In this document: positions 17,788 through 27,684 of the stretch, piece after piece
Layout of the letters: every line of letters starts with the position of its first letter
Numbering within the stretch: the first letter of the stretch is position 1
Source of the DNA: Myxococcota bacterium
GTDB lineage: Bacteria > Myxococcota_A > UBA796
Reading direction: 5' to 3'
Length of the DNA: 64,000 nt
Assembly: GCA_036156175.1 (NCBI GenBank)
Contig: JAYZVA010000140.1
Location: 1,187 to 65,186 of the forward strand
The notes under the pieces: model-generated
What the model saw: only the letters and a program-made list of their open reading frames with translations
The model's database searches: none
Told to the model about the DNA's origin: nothing
Made by a program: the position numbers and the translations under genes

Positions 17788-19380
17788 ATGGCAAACTTAC
17801 TGTTTTACCGCGGCGAAGAAAAACTGCTCGAATACCGACTTCAGTCCAATCGAACCAGCATCGGCCGGGCCGACACTTGCGATGTCGCCTTGCCTGGAGA
17901 TGCCATCAGTCGCACCCATTGCTTTGTGGTTCAACGCGATGGCGCGTGCGAAGTGATTGATCGGTCTCGGCATGGCATCGTCGTGGATGGCAAACCAACC
18001 AAGCGGGCACCCCTGACCGACGGCTCGGAGATTGGCCTCGGGGGATTTCGGATCGTCTATCGGGCGACTGTTGACGTCGCCGGACCCACTGCAGAAACCG
18101 TCTCAGACCGGGGCCATGAAGTGGTGATGGATGCGGGTGCCGACCGACTGGTTGTGGAGCGGGCCTGCTTGGTGGTGTTCAAAGGCCCGGACGAGGGTTC
18201 CCGTAAAGTGCTGAAGAAGAGTCGGATGAGCCTCGGTCGTCGTGAATCCGACCTTCGTTTCGCCGATGCATCCATCGTGGAGGAGCACTGCCACGTTCGC
18301 GTCAGCCGTGGTCGGGTCATGGTCGAACCCGGGCGGGGTGCCGCCTACATCGACGGGGAGCGGGTCCGCGCGATCACACCGCTGTACGCCGATGAAACCC
18401 TCGCCGTTGGCAACAACGTCCTGCGCGTCGAACGATCGCAGGACGAAGAGGTGCCGTTTGCGAAGACGTTTGGTGAAATGGTGGGCGAGAGCAAACGGAT
18501 GCTGACCGCATTCGGAATCCTCCGGAGAATGGCGGCCCATCACTACCCGGTGCTGATCACCGGCGAATCGGGAACCGGCAAAGAACTGGCTGCCCGGGGA
18601 ATTCACGACCACGGCATGCGCGCGGCGGCACCGTTTGTGGCGATCAATTGCGGTGCAATCGCGCCCACGTTGTTCGAATCAGAGCTGTTTGGTCATGAGA
18701 AAGGAGCATTTACGGACGCGAGTGCCCGAAAGCACGGTGCCTTTCATGAAGCGGACGGTGGAACGCTGTTTTTGGACGAGGTTGGTGAACTTCCGGAGGC
18801 CGCACAGGCGAAGCTGTTGCGTGCGCTGGAGAGCGGTGAGGTGCGTCGCGTCGGTTCAACGACAGCGGAGTACCCCGACGTTCGCGTGTTGGCGGCGACC
18901 AATCGCGACCTCACGGAAGCGGTCCGAAGCGGTCGGTTTCGGGAAGACCTGTTCTTTCGACTCCACGTCTTGAGTGTCGAGTTGCCACCGTTGCGCGACC
19001 GCACCGAAGACCTGCGGCTGTTGTCGGAAATCGTGTGCAGGAGCCTTCACCCCGAAGCCCATGTGACCGACGATGCGGTCGAAGTACTCTGCCGCCACTC
19101 ATGGCCCGGCAATGTTCGGGAGTTGCGCAACGTGTTGACGCGAGCGTACGTGATGCGCGGCCCGCGGATCGGGCCTTCCGCCCTTCAGTTCCACAGCGTC
19201 GGGACTGCGGCAGCCGCGTCGGGGCGGCCCATCGCAGCCGGTACCCTCCGGGACGCAGAGCGAGCGTACATTCAGCGCATTCTTGAGAAACACCAGAACA
19301 ATCGGTCTGCCGCCGCCAGAGAGCTGGGGTTGGCGCGCAGCACCTTGCACTACAAAATGAACAAGCTCGGGATTCGGTAG
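17788..19380 (+). CDS. Sigma54-dependent transcriptional activator with two N-terminal FHA domains
   Basis: The ATG at 17788 is preceded by GGAGGA. Two FHA-like segments are present (TSIGRADTCDVALPGDAISRTHCF and MSLGRRESDLRFADASIVEEHCHV). The AAA+ core has GESGTGKE and GAFTDA. A C-terminal Fis-type HTH is present. Confidence 0.9.
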   Translation: MANLLFYRGEEKLLEYRLQSNRTSIGRADTCDVALPGDAISRTHCFVVQRDGACEVIDRSRHGIVVDGKPTKRAPLTDGSEIGLGGFRIVYRATVDVAGPTAETVSDRGHEVVMDAGADRLVVERACLVVFKGPDEGSRKVLKKSRMSLGRRESDLRFADASIVEEHCHVRVSRGRVMVEPGRGAAYIDGERVRAITPLYADETLAVGNNVLRVERSQDEEVPFAKTFGEMVGESKRMLTAFGILRRMAAHHYPVLITGESGTGKELAARGIHDHGMRAAAPFVAINCGAIAPTLFESELFGHEKGAFTDASARKHGAFHEADGGTLFLDEVGELPEAAQAKLLRALESGEVRRVGSTTAEYPDVRVLAATNRDLTEAVRSGRFREDLFFRLHVLSVELPPLRDRTEDLRLLSEIVCRSLHPEAHVTDDAVEVLCRHSWPGNVRELRNVLTRAYVMRGPRIGPSALQFHSVGTAAAASGRPIAAGTLRDAERAYIQRILEKHQNNRSAAARELGLARSTLHYKMNKLGIR

Positions 19381-19405
19381 AGTACGCGGACCACTCGTAT
19401 CCGGA

Positions 19406-21634
19406 CTAGTGCACCGCTCCGAAAAATCCACCGATGCCGAGCCGTAATGACGGTTTCATCTCGCCGTTTTCGTCCTGTTCGATCACGTGAACCCCGGCGT
19501 TCAAGCCAACCCTGCGGTGGAATGAAAGGTAGATCGCGCCTCGGGTGACGTGGCTGTCGAGCCGCCGGCCGTATTCGAACGACTCCGTGATGCTGACTTG
19601 GATGCCATTGGGATCGGAACCGAGCAGCTGAGTGGCCCGTAGTCCGAGGCTCCCCGTGGAGGCAGCGCCGATGCTTCCACCCGAGACGACCAGCCCGAAC
19701 GAGCGTCCGATGGTGGCGGTGACGTCCTGTCCGCCGAGCCCGCCAAAGTGGCCATTAGTGGTCAACGTTGCGAGGGGAAGCTCCGGAACTGTTGTCGCGG
19801 GTGTTGTTGTTGGCGGACGCTTCGCGATCGGCATGGTTTCCGTGATGCGTTGGGTTTCCTGACAAATCGTAGTGCCGTCCGGATCGATGATGCGCAGTTC
19901 CACCAATGCCTTTCCGGGTTTCATCAACACGCGTTCAAGTTCAATGTCGCCCGCTTCGGTCTCGGTGTTTGCGCTAAAGGCAATCCCGAGACCGTTGACC
20001 AGGATGCGGCTGCCAATGGGTACATCACTGTATGACACAGTCATGTCGATTGGACTCATGGCTCGAGCGGATCGGGGTGTGGACAACGAGCAGGTGGGGT
20101 TCAGTGTGTGCTCCCAAAAAATCGGAAGTTCGATGTAGTGCCGGACTGCGTAGGAGCTCGGCGCAGGCGGTGTGGGCTGCGTCACTTGAAGCTCGATTTC
20201 TTGCAGCTTCACCATCAGCGGCCCCGGATCATCGATCTCGAAGCGAAAACCGTCCACGGAACCCACAGCGATTCGACCTTCCGACGGCGGGGTTGAGGTG
20301 CGGTTGACCTCGATGTTGAGGTGCTTTGCCAAGTGCTGCTGCAGCGCAGCGGAGTCGAAGGTGTACGTGGGCTCCGCAGCGGGTTTCGCGGCTGCCGCAG
20401 CGGATTCCTTTGTTCCAAATCGGGTGTCGACCGCAACGTACACCCGACCGTCGCCGGGTTCTGTCCACCCGTAGGCTTCCGCGATCGGCCGGAGTTTGGC
20501 CAACAGTTCGGTTTTGCCCGGAAAGGTGAGATCAAGGTCGTCGTGCATTCGCGACACATAGCTCCCGTTCATGGCACGGAATGGGATGCGTCCGGTTTGG
20601 TGGCTCGCCTCGGAAGCTCCAGCCGGGCCAAGGATTGTTTGTTCGGCGAAGCTGTACCCCGGTTTCCGCAACGCGAAGGACGCACTGACCTCGACTTGAT
20701 CGTTGGGTTGGATGCGGGCATCGCCAGCGGGTTCGGAGTGGCCGTAGTCATCGCGGTCGATTCGCACATCGACCAGCGTGGCCTCGGCCGCATCGCTGAG
20801 CGAAAGGGTGAGCGTGTAGGCCAAGGGTTTGGAGGCGAACTCATGCGTGTCGCGCGCTTCCATGTACACCTTGCCGGTTCGGCCGGAACACTCCGATGAT
20901 GCAAACACCTTGAGGTTGACGGCTGCGCTGGCGTCTGGCGCCAATTCGGGCAGTTGGATCTCCGAGTCAAGCGCCTGCGAGGTGTACAGGCACTCGCTCA
21001 GGCGACGGACATACACCGACGTCGACATGAGCCGACGCGAAGACGTGTTGGTGAACTGAAGCCGAAGCGTGGCCGTCTCACCGGGATCGAGGATTCCATT
21101 GCTGGCACCCACCATTCCCTGGTCTTCTGCCACAACCGATTTCGACAGGTCGATGGCCAGTGGCCGTTGGGACGTGACGGTCGCCGACTCCGACAGGGGA
21201 CGGGGCTTGGTCCGTTTTTCGGGCGGTTTGGGAGCCGGCTGGAACGCCGCATAGGCAAGCGCCTTCTCAGACAAGCGGCCGCTCATAATTTTCAGCGCCA
21301 GGTTCACCGTGCGTTGCAGGTCGGAATCCGTGGAAAACAACGAATCGGCGGGCATGGAGTTGGCGACTTCAGCCAGAATGTATTTGCGCACCAACGGATT
21401 GGAACTCCGCAAGCTTGCCGGGTAACGGCGCGCTGCAGCGATGGTTTCGGTGCGTTCCAGTGCAACCGCTTGGAGTTGAGTCCGAACATCCTCCACCGAA
21501 CGCGCTTCCAGTTGGGACTTCGTGAGGGATTGGAGCAACGCAATGTCCGACGGTGCGGCGATTGCCGGCAATGCCCAACCCAAAAGACCAACCGCGAGGA
21601 CCACAAATTGGTTGAAAATTTGATTTCGATGCAT
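19406..21634 (-). CDS. Large exported protein of unknown function
   Basis: The start at MHRNQIFNQFVVLAVGLLGWALPAIAAP (a signal peptide) is preceded by AAGGAG. The track ORF extension to 22480 overlaps the next gene in another frame and is rejected. Confidence 0.7.
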   Translation of the reverse strand: MHRNQIFNQFVVLAVGLLGWALPAIAAPSDIALLQSLTKSQLEARSVEDVRTQLQAVALERTETIAAARRYPASLRSSNPLVRKYILAEVANSMPADSLFSTDSDLQRTVNLALKIMSGRLSEKALAYAAFQPAPKPPEKRTKPRPLSESATVTSQRPLAIDLSKSVVAEDQGMVGASNGILDPGETATLRLQFTNTSSRRLMSTSVYVRRLSECLYTSQALDSEIQLPELAPDASAAVNLKVFASSECSGRTGKVYMEARDTHEFASKPLAYTLTLSLSDAAEATLVDVRIDRDDYGHSEPAGDARIQPNDQVEVSASFALRKPGYSFAEQTILGPAGASEASHQTGRIPFRAMNGSYVSRMHDDLDLTFPGKTELLAKLRPIAEAYGWTEPGDGRVYVAVDTRFGTKESAAAAAKPAAEPTYTFDSAALQQHLAKHLNIEVNRTSTPPSEGRIAVGSVDGFRFEIDDPGPLMVKLQEIELQVTQPTPPAPSSYAVRHYIELPIFWEHTLNPTCSLSTPRSARAMSPIDMTVSYSDVPIGSRILVNGLGIAFSANTETEAGDIELERVLMKPGKALVELRIIDPDGTTICQETQRITETMPIAKRPPTTTPATTVPELPLATLTTNGHFGGLGGQDVTATIGRSFGLVVSGGSIGAASTGSLGLRATQLLGSDPNGIQVSITESFEYGRRLDSHVTRGAIYLSFHRRVGLNAGVHVIEQDENGEMKPSLRLGIGGFFGAVH

Positions 21635-21714
21635 GGAATGAACTCCTTGAGCCGGAACAGTGCGCAACTGTACCAGAGTCATTCGTGACCGTGCACCAGG
21701 CTCCCGCCGGGCCG

Positions 21715-23622
21715 CTACCGAGCCGCGGTGTTCAGCGAATAGTCGCTCGTGATCCACCCGTGCACGCCGATGTGCAGCTCGCCGGCTTCGTTGGCATCGA
21801 AATCGATGGTCTCGTCGCCGGAGACGGTGTACCCGCGGGCGTCGTAGTCGCTCGTGGTGGGCGGGTTGGCGAAGCGGACGTACAGGTCCACATCGGTATC
21901 GGACTCCGTGCGGATCCGAATCGAGTCGTTGGGTTCCACGTTCATCACGTAGAGCGCCATCTCGCCGGTCACCACCGATCCCGTGTCGTTGATGTGCCCC
22001 GTCTCGTCGGGCAGCGAACCCGAGCTGGTGGGGTCTTCCCACCCGATGCGCAGCTCGACGGTTGCATCGCTGTAGCCAAACACCGAGACGTGCACCGGCT
22101 CGTTGTTGACGTTGAGCGAACAGGACTCGTTCGAGTGCGGGTCGTAGGGGCGGCAGTCGTACTCGTCTTCGGTGGGTGCGGCACTCTTGCGCACGTACAG
22201 GTCGGCATCGCCGTCTCCGTCGCTGCTGATCGTCGCCTCGATGCTGCCCAGGACATCGTACGGTCCAAAGGTGCGCCACTCGCCCTTCGCGATGGTGAAG
22301 TTGGTTTGGAAACCGTTGTCGTAGATCTCGACGGAGGGCTCTTCGGCGATCTGGGAGGACTCGATCAGGTCCTTGACGAGGTCCCAGTTCAGCTTGCCGC
22401 CCGCCGGTTTGGGCCAGAAGCCCCGCTCGGTCGGCAGCCACAAAAAGTCGGGGTGTTCCCGCTTGCTGTTGCCCACCCACTCGCCGCCGATGACCTCGTT
22501 GCGATGGTCCACTTCGAGCACGTACTCGTACCGGTCGGTGTTGGTGTAGACGTCTGCCCGCTCGGCCAAGTTGCCGTCGACGGTTGAGGGCGACTCGATC
22601 ATGTAGTCCACCTCCAGCTTGACGTAGTACAGGGTCTCGGCGTCGTCGTTGAACTTGTACGTCAGCGCCTCGTTCGGGGCCTCGGCTGCGTCATCGTTGG
22701 AATCGCCGGGCGCTTCCGGTTCGGGAACGCCGATCAGTTCATGGGCCCGCGCGACGTCAATGGGGTCCATGGTCGTGATGCGGTAGCCGCGAATGGGTTG
22801 ATTCCAGACCTCGTTGTCGAAGGTGCGGTCTTCGACAAAGGATTGCCCCTTGAGGCCCAAGTAGTTGGCCAACAACACGTGGTACGTGCCCGGGTTCGTG
22901 TCTCGGCACTCTTCATCGTCGCCCGTGGGACGGTCGTATTCGTCGTACTCAATTTCTTCTTCGGAATCGTCTTCATCGCAGCGCAGACCGACGAACCGCG
23001 AGTGCGTGCGGTTGTAGGCGAGCGTGATCAACGCCTTGATGTCGTTGATTTTGAATTCCACGCCGTTGACGGTCACGGCTTTCTGCGGCTCCGGCTCCAT
23101 GATCGCGACCGGGGCCCACGCGTGGCAGATTCCCCACCACTTTGGGATGCAGTAGCCGGACTCTTGGCCGTCGCGTTTTGCGCAGGTCTCGCCGATGTCC
23201 GTGTTGCATGCTTCGGTGGACTCGCAGGCCGTGCGGTCGTCTTGACCGTCGATCCCGTGGTGCTTGCTGACCGCGTCTTCGAAGTCATCAATGCCGAAGG
23301 CGGCCCCGTACTTGGCGGCGGGCGACATGCTGTCTTCGCCGTCCCATTTGTCGTTGATGCTGTCTTTGTAGACCGGCCAGTACGAGCCCGCCCAGGGGAC
23401 TTGCTCGGCCTCGCCCGCCCAAGGAAGCTCGTCCACATTGGTCACCAGGTCGCGGGAAAACAGGGTGGGGCGATCCTGGCGTGACCATCCCTCGGTGGGT
23501 TCGACATTTTCGGGTTTTTCTTCCCCGTACTCGGTCACGGAAAACCCGTAGTTGGGGGTCGGTTCATCGGTCTGTGGGGTGCAGGCGCCCGCGAACAGCA
23601 AGAAGGCAAATCGGAGAAGCAT
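21715..23622 (-). CDS. Lipoprotein with a transglutaminase-elicitor-like Cys domain and two pre-peptidase C-terminal (PPC) domains
   Basis: The start at MLLRFAFLLFAGAC is a lipobox. The motif CIPKWWGICHAWAPVAI is recalled as the TGase-elicitor family signature. Two PPC-like units carry DGDADLYVRK and DTDVDLYVRF. Confidence 0.7.
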   Translation of the reverse strand: MLLRFAFLLFAGACTPQTDEPTPNYGFSVTEYGEEKPENVEPTEGWSRQDRPTLFSRDLVTNVDELPWAGEAEQVPWAGSYWPVYKDSINDKWDGEDSMSPAAKYGAAFGIDDFEDAVSKHHGIDGQDDRTACESTEACNTDIGETCAKRDGQESGYCIPKWWGICHAWAPVAIMEPEPQKAVTVNGVEFKINDIKALITLAYNRTHSRFVGLRCDEDDSEEEIEYDEYDRPTGDDEECRDTNPGTYHVLLANYLGLKGQSFVEDRTFDNEVWNQPIRGYRITTMDPIDVARAHELIGVPEPEAPGDSNDDAAEAPNEALTYKFNDDAETLYYVKLEVDYMIESPSTVDGNLAERADVYTNTDRYEYVLEVDHRNEVIGGEWVGNSKREHPDFLWLPTERGFWPKPAGGKLNWDLVKDLIESSQIAEEPSVEIYDNGFQTNFTIAKGEWRTFGPYDVLGSIEATISSDGDGDADLYVRKSAAPTEDEYDCRPYDPHSNESCSLNVNNEPVHVSVFGYSDATVELRIGWEDPTSSGSLPDETGHINDTGSVVTGEMALYVMNVEPNDSIRIRTESDTDVDLYVRFANPPTTSDYDARGYTVSGDETIDFDANEAGELHIGVHGWITSDYSLNTAAR

Positions 23623-23795
23623 GATGGTGCGGTCCAAGGGGGAAGGTTGAGTGGTCTCGCCGACTGGGGTTGGTCGGTTGTTTGGGAAAGACGCGCCCGT
23701 TTTACACCTTCGGTGCGAAGGCGATGTGTCCATCGCGTGACAACGGCCGCCCGGCACGCAGTTGTCACGCTCTCGACTGGGGTATGCTGACACCC

Positions 23796-25211
23796 ATGAG
23801 TCAACGCGTGGCGCTGATCGATCCTTTGGCGGTCATCGATGGACGCAAGGTGTTCTTTCTTCGGGACACCTTTGGCGGCGAGGTGCCGCTGTCGTGCCCG
23901 TACCCACCCTTGGAGTTGGCCTACACCGCGTCATTGCTCATCGAAGGCGGGCACCGACCGGACATGGTGGCGGCCAATGTGTTGGGCCTGACCCACGACC
24001 GCGTCATCGAACGGCTGAACGCCGCGCCGCCGGATGCGGTCTTGATTCCATCCGCTTGGGGAAGCCTCAACGATGACCGCCGGCTGTTGAGCGGCCTGAA
24101 GCGGGCGTTCCCGAGCGCGACTTTGGCCATCTGCGGGCCCAACGTCTCGGCCACCCCAGAGGCGGTGCTCGCCTCGTCCGATGTGGACGTCGTGATCTGC
24201 GGTGAGCCCGAAGAGGCGGTTCGCATGATCGCCGATGGCACCCCGCTGCGCGACATCCCCAATGTGGTTTTCGAGGGAGCCGATGGCCCGGTGACCACCG
24301 AACGACGGTTGCCTCCGGGGTGGATCCATCAGCCTCGCCCCGCCCGGCACCTGTTGAACTTGGCGCAGTACACCATTCCCTTTGCCCGGCGCGGACCCGC
24401 GACCACCGTGGCCACCACGCGCGGTTGCGCCCACGCTTGCACCTTTTGCCCCAGCCAGATCTGGCATCAACGCACGGTGCGCGCCCGACCCGTGGATGCC
24501 GTCATGGCGGAGTTCGAAGAGTTGGTGGGTCGGTACGGCATCCGCGAGGTCCACTTCCGCGATGACACCTTCACCGGCGATCACGAACGGGTGTTCGCCC
24601 TGTGCGATGCCCTCGATCGTTCCGGCCTCGATTTAACGTGGCGGTGCTTCGGTTCCGCGTCCACGGTGAACCCAGAGTTGCTCCACCGAATGGCCAGCGC
24701 CGGCTGTTTTCAGGTCTGCTACGGCTTCGAGTCGGGCGACGACGCCATCTTGCGCCGCACGGGCAAGGGCACGACCGTCGCACAAGGCCAGCAGGCCGCG
24801 GAGTGGACCCATGCGGCCGGAATGGAGGTCAGCGGAACGTTCTTGGTCGGGCTGGAGGGCGAAACGGATGCCTCTGTCGAGCGGTCGGTGCGCTTCGCGA
24901 TCGACAACGACTTGGACTACATCCAGGTCAATGCTGCGGTTCCATTGCCCACGACGCCGTTCGGGAAACGAACGAGTCGAAAAGGATTGGAGTCCCGACC
25001 GGAGACGTTCCGGTGGATCGGCGCCGACCCATCGGAGTCCGCCACCATGGAAGCCGGCAGCATGCCCACGCAGGTGCGCAGCTTCTACCAACGCTTCTAT
25101 CTTCGTCCCGGGTACGTGGCGGGGCGTCTGACGTCCCGGCGTGGGCTGCACGCGTTGGCCAGCCACGCCCGGCTCGGTGCAAAGATGGTGCGGGCCGTGA
25201 TGTTGGCCTGA
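23796..25211 (+). CDS. B12-binding-domain radical SAM enzyme
   Basis: An N-terminal Rossmann-like B12-binding-type region is followed by TTRGCAHACTFCPS (CX3CX2C). The start choice MSQRVALIDPL is uncertain; alternatives are 23670 and 23784. Confidence 0.85.
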   Translation: MSQRVALIDPLAVIDGRKVFFLRDTFGGEVPLSCPYPPLELAYTASLLIEGGHRPDMVAANVLGLTHDRVIERLNAAPPDAVLIPSAWGSLNDDRRLLSGLKRAFPSATLAICGPNVSATPEAVLASSDVDVVICGEPEEAVRMIADGTPLRDIPNVVFEGADGPVTTERRLPPGWIHQPRPARHLLNLAQYTIPFARRGPATTVATTRGCAHACTFCPSQIWHQRTVRARPVDAVMAEFEELVGRYGIREVHFRDDTFTGDHERVFALCDALDRSGLDLTWRCFGSASTVNPELLHRMASAGCFQVCYGFESGDDAILRRTGKGTTVAQGQQAAEWTHAAGMEVSGTFLVGLEGETDASVERSVRFAIDNDLDYIQVNAAVPLPTTPFGKRTSRKGLESRPETFRWIGADPSESATMEAGSMPTQVRSFYQRFYLRPGYVAGRLTSRRGLHALASHARLGAKMVRAVMLA

Positions 25212-25335
25212 ATCCGCCGCGCCAAACACGGCGCATGGCCCCCGTGAGCAGGATTCCCGATCTCAACCCGGACCAAAATCCGTTAAACCCCCCACCGCAT
25301 CGGCCACCCCCGGCCGATGAACCACGGAGGGGCCC

Positions 25336-27678
25336 ATGAATCGCCTCGCAACGCTCTGTTTTGCAGTTCTCTTGTTCTTGCACTCTGCCGCGGCGATGGC
25401 TGCGGGCGGCGGTGGTGGCTCATCCACCACGTTCGAATGGAAGGGATCCGGCGCCGTCGCGGCTGCTGACCAGTTTGTCGAAGCCGTTGCGGCGGCCGAT
25501 TACCAGGCAGCCTACGGCCAAGGCGGCGACGTGCTTCGCACGCTTCGCACGCTCGGCGAGTTCACCGAAGACATGCAACGGTGGGGCTTTGACCGGCCGG
25601 GTTCGGTCGAGTGGACCGCAGGCAACAATGCTCTGCCGGCGAACAACGGCTTCAAGCTGATGGGAACGTACACCGCCGCCGATGGTGAATCCTTCCCGGT
25701 GTACCTGCACCTCGAGGGCGATGCGCACGTCGCGCCCCAAGACCGAAACCGAGACTGGTCTGCGGCCACGAAGTGGACGGTGATGGACTACCGGTCGGCG
25801 GAGTCGATGGGCGCGCGCGTGGCGAAAGGAGACGGCAGCGCCACCCCCCTGGATTGGTTTCTGCTGGTGTGCGGCGTCGGGTTGTTGATCGCGTTCATTG
25901 GGTTGGTGTGGTCGTACGCAAAAGGACTTCGCGGCCACCCCCGCGAGCTGTGGCTCATGTTCTTCACCAAGGTCACCGAGTATTCCGCCTACGGTGCCGC
26001 CAGCGCGGTCATGGTGCTGTTCCTGCAGAACGACGTGATGCTCAACGGCAGTCCGCTCGGCGATAGTGCCGGGTACCTGTACTACATGGTGTGGGGCTTG
26101 GTGGCGACGATCATCACCATGATGGTCGGCGCCGTCTGCGACACCATCGGCGTCAAGAAATGCCTGCTGATCGGAGCGGTTGCGCTGATCATCTCCCGGT
26201 TCTTCATGCCGCTCAGTCAAGACATCTATTTTGTGACCCTCTTTGGGTTCTTGCCCTTGGCGTTCGGGTTTGCCATCACCGGTCCGGTACTGAAGGTCGG
26301 CATCAAGTGGTTCACCACGCTCAAGACCGCCACCTTGGGGTTTGGCCTGTTCTACACGCTGATGAACGTGGGCTTTTGGGTGGGGGCGGAGCTCGCCGAC
26401 TACTTCCGCAAGAACCACGCCGATGGCATTGAGATCTGGGGCTTTGAGCTCACGACCTACCAAGCCATCATCTTCATGGGGTTCTTCATCAACATTCCCG
26501 ACTTCATCGCGATTCTGTTCATGCGAGAGGGCGCGGAGATGACCGAGAAAGGCTTTGTCATCCGCAAGCAGGTGGGCGACGACGAACAGACGGTGATCGA
26601 AAAGCTGAAGAGCACCGTCGGGGCGCGCCGGGCCAAGATGGCCAGCGAATTGGTCCGAAGCCTGGTGGCCACTGCGATTGTGGGTGCGTTTGCCTATGCA
26701 CTGGTCGAGATCAAGGTGCACGAGTGGGTGGTTGGCCCCATCAAGGCGGGTTCCTACGTGTGGTCATTCGTGATCACCGCGGGCCTCATTGCGGTGGGGG
26801 GCATTCTGTATGCCCTGTTGTCCCAGGTGGGGGCGGCGTCTCCCGGGGCAAGCTTTGACCGCGTCATGAAGTCGGTGCGGGATGCCACGGAAGAGACCGT
26901 GGTCCAGCTCAAAGAGAACTTCCAAGACCGCCCCTTCTGGATCTACATGGCCATGCTCGGAATCTTGGTCTTTGTCCGCCTCACCTTCTACATCTTCCAC
27001 ACGATGTTCCCGGTGTACGCGATTCGCGTGTTTGGCGATGACTTCCCCGTGTCCAGCATCTTCGGTTCGCTCAACCCGGCCATGATCATCTTCTTGGTGC
27101 CGCTGGTGTCGACGCTCACCGTCAATGTGCGGTCCTACACCATGCTGATGGTGGGAACGGTGGTGTCGGCCGTGTCCGTGTTCTTGTGCTTCATGCCCGA
27201 GAGCATGGCGCTGTACATCGGCGACACGTGGCTCGGCACCTGGATCTTCGACTACTGGCTCGAAGCACCGGTTGGAAACCAAGATCCGTTCCTGGTCTCG
27301 CTGGTGGTGTTCATCATCGTCTTCACGGTGGGCGAGGCCATCTGGTCGCCCCGCTTGATGCAGTTCAGCGCCGAGATTGCGCCACGGGGCAAAGAAGGCG
27401 CCTACATGTCCCTCGCTGTTCTGCCCTATTTCCTCGGCAAGATCGCCGCGACGGTCATGGCCGACATCATGACGGCCCAGTACTTCAGTGCCGACATGGT
27501 TGAGTTCCCCGACCACCACCTGGCGTGGTTCTGGATTGGCGGAATGGCGCTGATTTCACCGATTGGCATGATCATTTGGCGCAAGACGTTCAACCAGAGC
27601 GAGAAGATGGCCGAGGACGAGGCCATTGCGCAGGTGGCAGCAGAAGAAGCCGAGGCGATCGCGGATGCCGAGGGCTAA
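25336..27678 (+). CDS. MFS transporter (POT-like) with an N-terminal exported soluble domain
   Basis: A signal peptide and roughly 170 aa of non-membrane sequence come first. Many TM helices follow. A POT-like segment reads FFTKVTEYSAYGAASAVMVLFL. Confidence 0.8.
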   Translation: MNRLATLCFAVLLFLHSAAAMAAGGGGGSSTTFEWKGSGAVAAADQFVEAVAAADYQAAYGQGGDVLRTLRTLGEFTEDMQRWGFDRPGSVEWTAGNNALPANNGFKLMGTYTAADGESFPVYLHLEGDAHVAPQDRNRDWSAATKWTVMDYRSAESMGARVAKGDGSATPLDWFLLVCGVGLLIAFIGLVWSYAKGLRGHPRELWLMFFTKVTEYSAYGAASAVMVLFLQNDVMLNGSPLGDSAGYLYYMVWGLVATIITMMVGAVCDTIGVKKCLLIGAVALIISRFFMPLSQDIYFVTLFGFLPLAFGFAITGPVLKVGIKWFTTLKTATLGFGLFYTLMNVGFWVGAELADYFRKNHADGIEIWGFELTTYQAIIFMGFFINIPDFIAILFMREGAEMTEKGFVIRKQVGDDEQTVIEKLKSTVGARRAKMASELVRSLVATAIVGAFAYALVEIKVHEWVVGPIKAGSYVWSFVITAGLIAVGGILYALLSQVGAASPGASFDRVMKSVRDATEETVVQLKENFQDRPFWIYMAMLGILVFVRLTFYIFHTMFPVYAIRVFGDDFPVSSIFGSLNPAMIIFLVPLVSTLTVNVRSYTMLMVGTVVSAVSVFLCFMPESMALYIGDTWLGTWIFDYWLEAPVGNQDPFLVSLVVFIIVFTVGEAIWSPRLMQFSAEIAPRGKEGAYMSLAVLPYFLGKIAATVMADIMTAQYFSADMVEFPDHHLAWFWIGGMALISPIGMIIWRKTFNQSEKMAEDEAIAQVAAEEAEAIADAEG

Positions 27679-27684
27679 ACCGTC

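Noticed and set aside
21635-22480. An N-terminal extension that makes a 1024-aa ORF from the 19406 gene.
   Set aside because: It overlaps the 3' part of gene 21715..23622 in another frame. An SD plus signal peptide start is present at 21634.
25420-26721. A 433-aa minus-strand ORF inside the MFS transporter gene. Similar long antisense ORFs occur at 6621..7628, 8379..9224, 32616..33812, 34685..35896, 45755..47311 and 49013..50740.
   Set aside because: All lie antisense to genes with recognisable motifs or membrane topology. All have the Arg/Gly/His/Pro-rich bias of GC-rich shadow frames.
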